Source: Leidyana gryllorum EB-2025a (Eukaryota; Protista; Apicomplexa). From it: DNA of 64,000 bases. Under the pieces are notes generated by a model. It was not told where the DNA came from, did no database searches, and worked only from the letters and a program-made list of their open reading frames with translations. Position 1 is the first letter of the stretch; each line of letters begins with the position of its first letter. The DNA lies in the NCBI GenBank assembly GCA_048772705.1, contig JBLWGC010000230.1, positions 434,001 to 498,000 of the forward strand, given 5' to 3'. A program made the translations under genes and the position numbers. This document shows positions 58,602-64,000 of this stretch, one piece after another.

Positions 58602-61139
58602 TCATGAGATCGATCGCGATTTTTTGGGCTTCTTGACTTTTGATCTTCGAGTGATAGTGGGAGGAGTGGCTGAGGGAGACTTCTTCTCTGCCTCCCTCCC
58701 TCCAGCAGATGTTTTTGTGCGGCCCAAAACCGTTTGCACCAAAGGGCCCAAATGAGAATGTCCGTTGTATTTCTCAGACGAAGAAAAGTGTTGTGCAGGT
58801 GAGGAGAGTGTAGGGGTAGTAGACCCAGAAGCATGTGCAAACAGGCGTACTGCCCATTTGTCATTGTCTTTGACCACGAATCCTCCTTTCAGTAAGACAA
58901 CCGGCAGTTTACGAGGAATCGAGACGTCATCGCTCTGTGCCCAACTCTTCTTCGCGTTTGCGGACACCTTAACCATAACCTCCTCCTGCTTCTTTCGTTC
59001 GCTCTTCTTATCATTCAAACCCTCCGAGCTTTTCACCGGACCTTGGGTTACAGGCGGACTTTTTACGTCTCGAGCTTTCGGCTCGGACACCAAGGCTGGC
59101 AACGGACCCGTTGGCGCGGAAGCAGATTCTTTCCGACCAGCCAGCTGATCATCTCCATAGTCAGCCGGGCATGCTGCATCAATCAGCGGGTTGTCCAACG
59201 CGTACTGCCGAAATCAAAAATAGCTTCCAAGTTTACTGAAATCTGCACTTACATTAATCACCGACAAAAGATTCATTATACGTCCCTTCAACATGGGTGG
59301 AATTTGACGGACATGGTCAAACAAATCCGATCGTGATCTTGGTGGTTTGGTGGCCAGGGAGAGATAGAAACGGTCTGCTCCCAGAATAAACGGCGCAACG
59401 TCCAGCTTCCTCGCCTCCCACTCCCGCCAAGCCAGCATGGCGACCAAAACATTCCGCACTTGCACAGACTTGTCCGTCAAATCCCTTGAGGTGATGCGAG
59501 CAGCTTTTTGCTCTATGTTGGGGATGGCAAACGAAACTTGTTGCAAACATATCAAGGAGCTCTGTTGCACGATTTGCGCAATCTGCTTGCGTCCCCGAGG
59601 TGTAGGCAACATAGAAACACTGTATATTCCGGGATTCATCCTGTAGAAGAGACATGTCAAAGGTGTGTGCACACACACTTACAGATTCTCATTGGTTCGC
59701 CCAAGTATCTGGTTTCGTTGGCATTCGAATATATAGGGAAGATAATGAGTATCTGCCCGAGCGTACTCGAGCTGCTCTTTGCTCAGAGGGCGAATTCGCC
59801 AGTCAGACCGTTGCAGTGACTTGTCCAGAATGACACCGCAGTAGTACTGGACAAGACTTGCCAAGCTATTCGGTCCTGTGAGAGCCAAAAGCTGACTGGC
59901 CAGATGTGTATCGAACAAATTGACAATGTATATGGAGAAATCCCGTTGCAACCAAAGTATATCGCTCTTGGCCCCGTGTAGTACCTTGAGCACCAACGGG
60001 CAAGTAAATACTTCATTCAACATGCGTACGTCAGCCGCATCCAGAGTGGCCGGATCCAAGATGTAGTCTTGGCCCAGGTACGTCATTTGAATGAGACAAG
60101 TATATCCGTGATAGCTATAGTCTCCGTGATGTTCAACATCCACAGCTAGAACGTGTGGATCTCGAGAAAGCACCAGGTCAACGAATTCTCGGACATCTTG
60201 AGCACTTGTCAGCATCTTCACCGGGGGAGACTCCTCCATAGGTGCCGGAGGTTGTGGCTTCCCGATTTTGAAGAGAAGATCCTGGACCGCACTCGTGCAT
60301 TCGTAACCCCAAACATCTTCTCCTTCAAACAATAACTTCGGGAGTCCCGTCGCGATTTCGCAGTGATACGGATGCGGGAACAGGTCACAATCTTTATTCA
60401 CCAACGAAGACCCGGCAGCCACCACACTCTTCACAACTTCGGGACTATTGGAAGGCGCACTGGACGCAGGCAGCCCCATTGAACAATACGCTCGGCGCTT
60501 CGCCCGCACTTTGGGATCTGCAATCTGAGCGTCCAATGGCTCCAAACTGTGCGGTTTCTCCTCATTGTCGAATGTTGGAATGAAGGCAAAGTCAAAGTTC
60601 GCTCTGGGACATCGATAGAGAGTTGTGGCTGTGGTATCCTTCTGTTGAGCACCGCCGCCCATTGTCTGCTGCGCCACATTGATGCCCGATGAATGCGCCT
60701 CGTCCGCCGTTGGACTTATTCCAGCCAACGATGTCGCCTCTGTGCGCGCTACTTTACGTCGCAATGCGCATCTCAAAGTCTCGTCCGGCTCGTCCTCGGA
60801 CGGCGCTGCGCGTTTCCGGCTCCGACGGATATAACCCCGCGCTCGGTCCACCCGCCTCAGCATAACGTCTGCGGCCTCCAGCACAGTTTGCAGTCGTGTG
60901 TGCGTATCCCGCCACAGTTCATCTGATGGGCGGCTGGCATTGGGAACAAAACCATTCATCTGCAAAAGCTCGTGCACGGAGGTCCACAGCCGCTCTGATA
61001 CTTGGGCTGCTCTCCGCTTGGTAACGGGGTTCACCGCATACTGCCGAGTGTAGGCAACACCATCTGGCACCTTTCGCGCGGCCACCGATACTCCTACCGC
61101 TGCTCCAAAGAGCTTTGTGGATGCCCCCTCGAGCTCCAT
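58602..61139 (-). CDS. RRP6: Exosome-associated 3'-5' exoribonuclease RRP6/EXOSC10, multi-exon
   Basis: PHPYHCEI, LAVDVEHH...YHGYTCLIQ, KVLHGAKSDILWLQRDF, SDWRIRPL...YARADTHYL (DEDDy), and HRDC domain (LAWREWEARKLD). Confidence 0.93.
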
Positions 61140-61165
61140 CGCAAAAAAAGCCAAATTTGTCCTTA

Positions 61166-62154
61166 ATGACGCCCGAAGTAGTGTACTTTAATGCTCGTGG
61201 ACGCGCAGAGCTCATCCGCTTACTCTTGGCCGAGGCCAAAGTTGACTACGAAGACACTCGTTTTGGAGATGGAGACTCAGCAATGGTTCGTGCGGCTCTA
61301 CCCAGGCTATCCGGCTATGTATGCTAAAACAGACTGACTTTGCTCGATGGAAAGAAAGCGGGAAGCTACCATTTGAGCAAGTACCAATTCTGAGAACAGA
61401 TGGTACTGCGACACGCCAGACGGCCGCTAAGTAATGTATGTGTGCCTTTATAGATCTGATTTTGGCACAATCGAGCGCGATTGTGCGTTACATAGCTCAA
61501 AAGCATGGTACTGCTGCATTTTGGCGGACAAACACACGCGTGTGCCCCCCGCTTTCTGCGTGATCGACTATTGCAGGGCTCGCTGGGACTAATCCCACTG
61601 AGACAGCCATAGCTGATATGGTTGGTGAGTAGTTTATCTCAGGTCTACAGTGACATGTGCGGATTTAGCATGTGGATGCGAAGATTTGAGACAGCGCTTC
61701 GCTACGTCTTTGGCAGCCGACAATGTCACTCGCGACCTGAATAAGGTGAGAAACGTCGGTGGTTTCCCTCGACGTTCGGCTGAGTAGAAGGAGATCAGCA
61801 CGGGGGTGCCAGACGACTTCCTCAAGGCTACACTACCTCGTTGGTGTGGCTATCTGGAGAAGTAAGACTCGTGGTGGCACGCGAGTGAGTGACTGCTCTC
61901 TCTCAGGATGCTAGTGAAGAACGGAGGCGAGTATATGGCCGGAAGTTTTACGTATGCTGATTTGGCGGTGTTTGACACGTTGGAAATGTTTCGCCACTCA
62001 GTTCCTGGTGAGTGTGAGCAAGGCATCAAGCTGACTTGTATGGCTCCCAGACGCTTTGGATGCATTTCCAGCTCTGAAGGGTTTGCTGGAACGAGTAGCA
62101 GCGCGTCCGGCAATCAAGGGGTGGCTGGAGAAGAGGCCAAACACCCCCGTTTGA
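61166..62154 (+). CDS. Glutathione S-transferase (sigma-like), multi-exon
   Basis: YFNARGRAELIRLLL, LPFEQVPIL, AQSSAIVRYIA, FTYADLAVFD, C-terminal WLEKRPNTPV*. Confidence 0.92.
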
Positions 62155-62176
62155 AAAAGAGTAGAGAGCATTTAGA

Positions 62177-63812
62177 ATGATTATGTTAGAACAGTATGGA
62201 GAACGTATACTACAACGAAACGAACCTGTACGGATGGCTGGTTGAAAGGCTCGGGAAGACTTTGGGTGTCTGCAGGTATCTTGGCGACTTATCACAGATG
62301 ACCTAAATCTGCGCCCTGCCGAAGGGAAACGGTGAGGCGATGGTTGTCACGTAGTCATCGGCTTGAGTTTTACAGACAACTGGCGGCTTTGGCTTGCGAT
62401 ATATTAGCGAAACAGAAGTACACATTGCCGCTATCTCTGGCGTTCGTCTGTCCGCGGAAAGATGCTGAGGGCAACCTGTCAGGATTGACGGGACAAGATT
62501 TGATTTGCGCTCCTGGGGCGGCCATCAGTTGGCCGCCAGCAGGGTGGCTGACTGAACGATTTCCTGCAGCGGAGGGCTACGATCCCAACAATATATATTT
62601 AGAACACATAGCGCTCCAGCCGAGCTCCTCGGTTACAGAACGTAACAGGGCACTTCGGGAGGTGAGAGATGAGAGTCGCTGCAGTGGTGAATGGCTGACA
62701 GGAACTGAGTGCCCAGGCGCGGTTGTTCGCAGAGTCGAGGAAGGCTGATGTACTTTATGTCCCTCCGTAAGCAGTGTGGAGCTGATTTACAATCTCGATT
62801 TGTCAGTTCAAATTCCATCCTGCTTGGTGAGTTGACTAAACGCGGCGAGCGTCGTCCAGAGGCCCCTCCCCAAAGTGGGACAGCCAAAGCCACTGCCCCT
62901 GCCGTTGGTGGAGCATCGGCCAGCAGCACTGATAAGCCTCCGGCTGGAAGTGCCAAACAAGTGCCCGAGTCGGCCACCAAGAAACCCACTGCCCCGCCAA
63001 CATTGATAGAGTCGATGACGAAGAAGAGTACCCCGACGCCTCTGACCTTTAGTGCAGCCCCGAAGCCGAAAGCCGCTGGTCACCGAAAGGGTGTCAAACG
63101 GCCGTTGCGAGAGGCCTCTCCCGCACCTTCGCCAACGGGCTCTGATCGTATGACAGATGAAGATCCCAAACCAGCCCCCCCCACTCTTAAGAAGCTGCGG
63201 CGCACCCCCACCCCACCGCCTCTGAGTGCCACTGACACGGCACAGTCTCGGAAGGCTGTGGATGAACCGTTGGCGCCGGCGCCGGCGCCGGCACCCCCCC
63301 CGCCGGCTGCGACAACGAGCGCCAGAGAAGGGGGGGTCAAAGAGGACGTGGTCAGTGCTGAAGACAAAGAGCGCAAACAGCGGGAAGCTCACGCCCTATT
63401 TGACGACTTTAGAGAAGAAATGGAGAACGTATGGCCGGTGCCCAACATTGCGGATCTGAGTGGCAAAGCTTCCACTCCACAAAAACAAGATCCTCAACCT
63501 CCTCTCCCCGCTTCTAATCCACCTCCACCTAAATCCAATATTACCAAACCGTCAACCGTTTCGCAGGACGTTATTCAGATGCGAGAGGAGGGTGATGCCT
63601 TGGGTAAGTTCTCCACAGCAGTCGACTCTCGGTGTCTGAATGTGTGTATGTACCTTCTCTCAGTCTTCCACAAGGCGTTCGTCGCCGCACCGGCCCCGGT
63701 ACCTAAAGGACCTTCTCCATCAAAAGCAGCAACCTCAAAGGGACCTGCCAAGGGCAGACCGGCTGGTCAAGCATCGCTCTCTATGTTCTTCACTGGAAAA
63801 AAACACCCTTAG
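62177..63812 (+). CDS. POLD3: DNA polymerase delta subunit 3 (POLD3/Cdc27)-like, multi-exon
   Basis: N-terminal winged-helix-like segment (VSWRLITDDLNL), long Pro/Lys-rich disordered region, C-terminal PIP box QASLSMFF. Confidence 0.65.
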
Positions 63813-64000
63813 ATGCAAAGGAAGGCAGCCATTAGACAATTCACGCAAACGGCTGAGGTCGACGACGCCACCGCCATCAAGTGGGCCATCAGACGCAATC
63901 ACCATCCCAAACCCACAGATTCCTCTCACGTGCCAACTATAACGTTAATGAAGCTTTGAATGAATACTATTCTTCCGGAGGCCTCGAGGGACGCGTCCGG

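Noticed and set aside
10562-63812. Frame breaks in conserved genes as pseudogenes or programmed frameshifts
   Set aside because: The breaks I examined coincide with short GT...AG introns that restore conserved motifs.
1160-63942. Numerous 60-190 aa ORFs overlapping larger genes
   Set aside because: These are antisense or alternative-frame shadows of well-supported CDSs with no independent motifs.
1-64000. tRNA, rRNA or other structured RNA genes
   Set aside because: None was recognisable by eye; a tRNAscan-SE or Infernal scan would be needed to exclude them.

Overview
Eukaryotic, extremely gene-dense protist DNA. It has short GT-AG introns (mostly about 30-60 nt) and intergenic spacers often under 50 nt. 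It is most compatible with a compact alveolate or gregarine-type apicomplexan genome, but that assignment is inference. Recognisable housekeeping genes are TRM61, an importin-beta-3-like karyopherin, a bacterial-type cardiolipin synthase, a SMYD-like SET protein, SART3/Prp24, NPL4, OST3/6, RPN6, PI synthase, a TMEM94-like protein, RRP6, a GST and POLD3. Four things stand out. (1) Two stand-alone adenylation-thiolation-reductase (NRPS-like / carboxylic-acid-reductase-like) genes, one intron-containing and one intronless, both with a non-canonical G(L/M)TS carrier motif; one of them ends 9 nt from the stop of a class-3 lipase. (2) A tandem array of at least three intronless paralogues of an unrecognised ~900-1200 aa protein with an internal A-B-A'-B' duplication; the third copy runs off the left edge and is missing from the ORF track. 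(3) A head-to-head pair of small Pro/Gly/Asn/Gln/His-rich paralogues. (4) Three divergent gene pairs whose ATGs are only 24-39 nt apart, each spacer holding the palindrome AAATTT. Exon boundaries of multi-exon genes were read by eye and are approximate.
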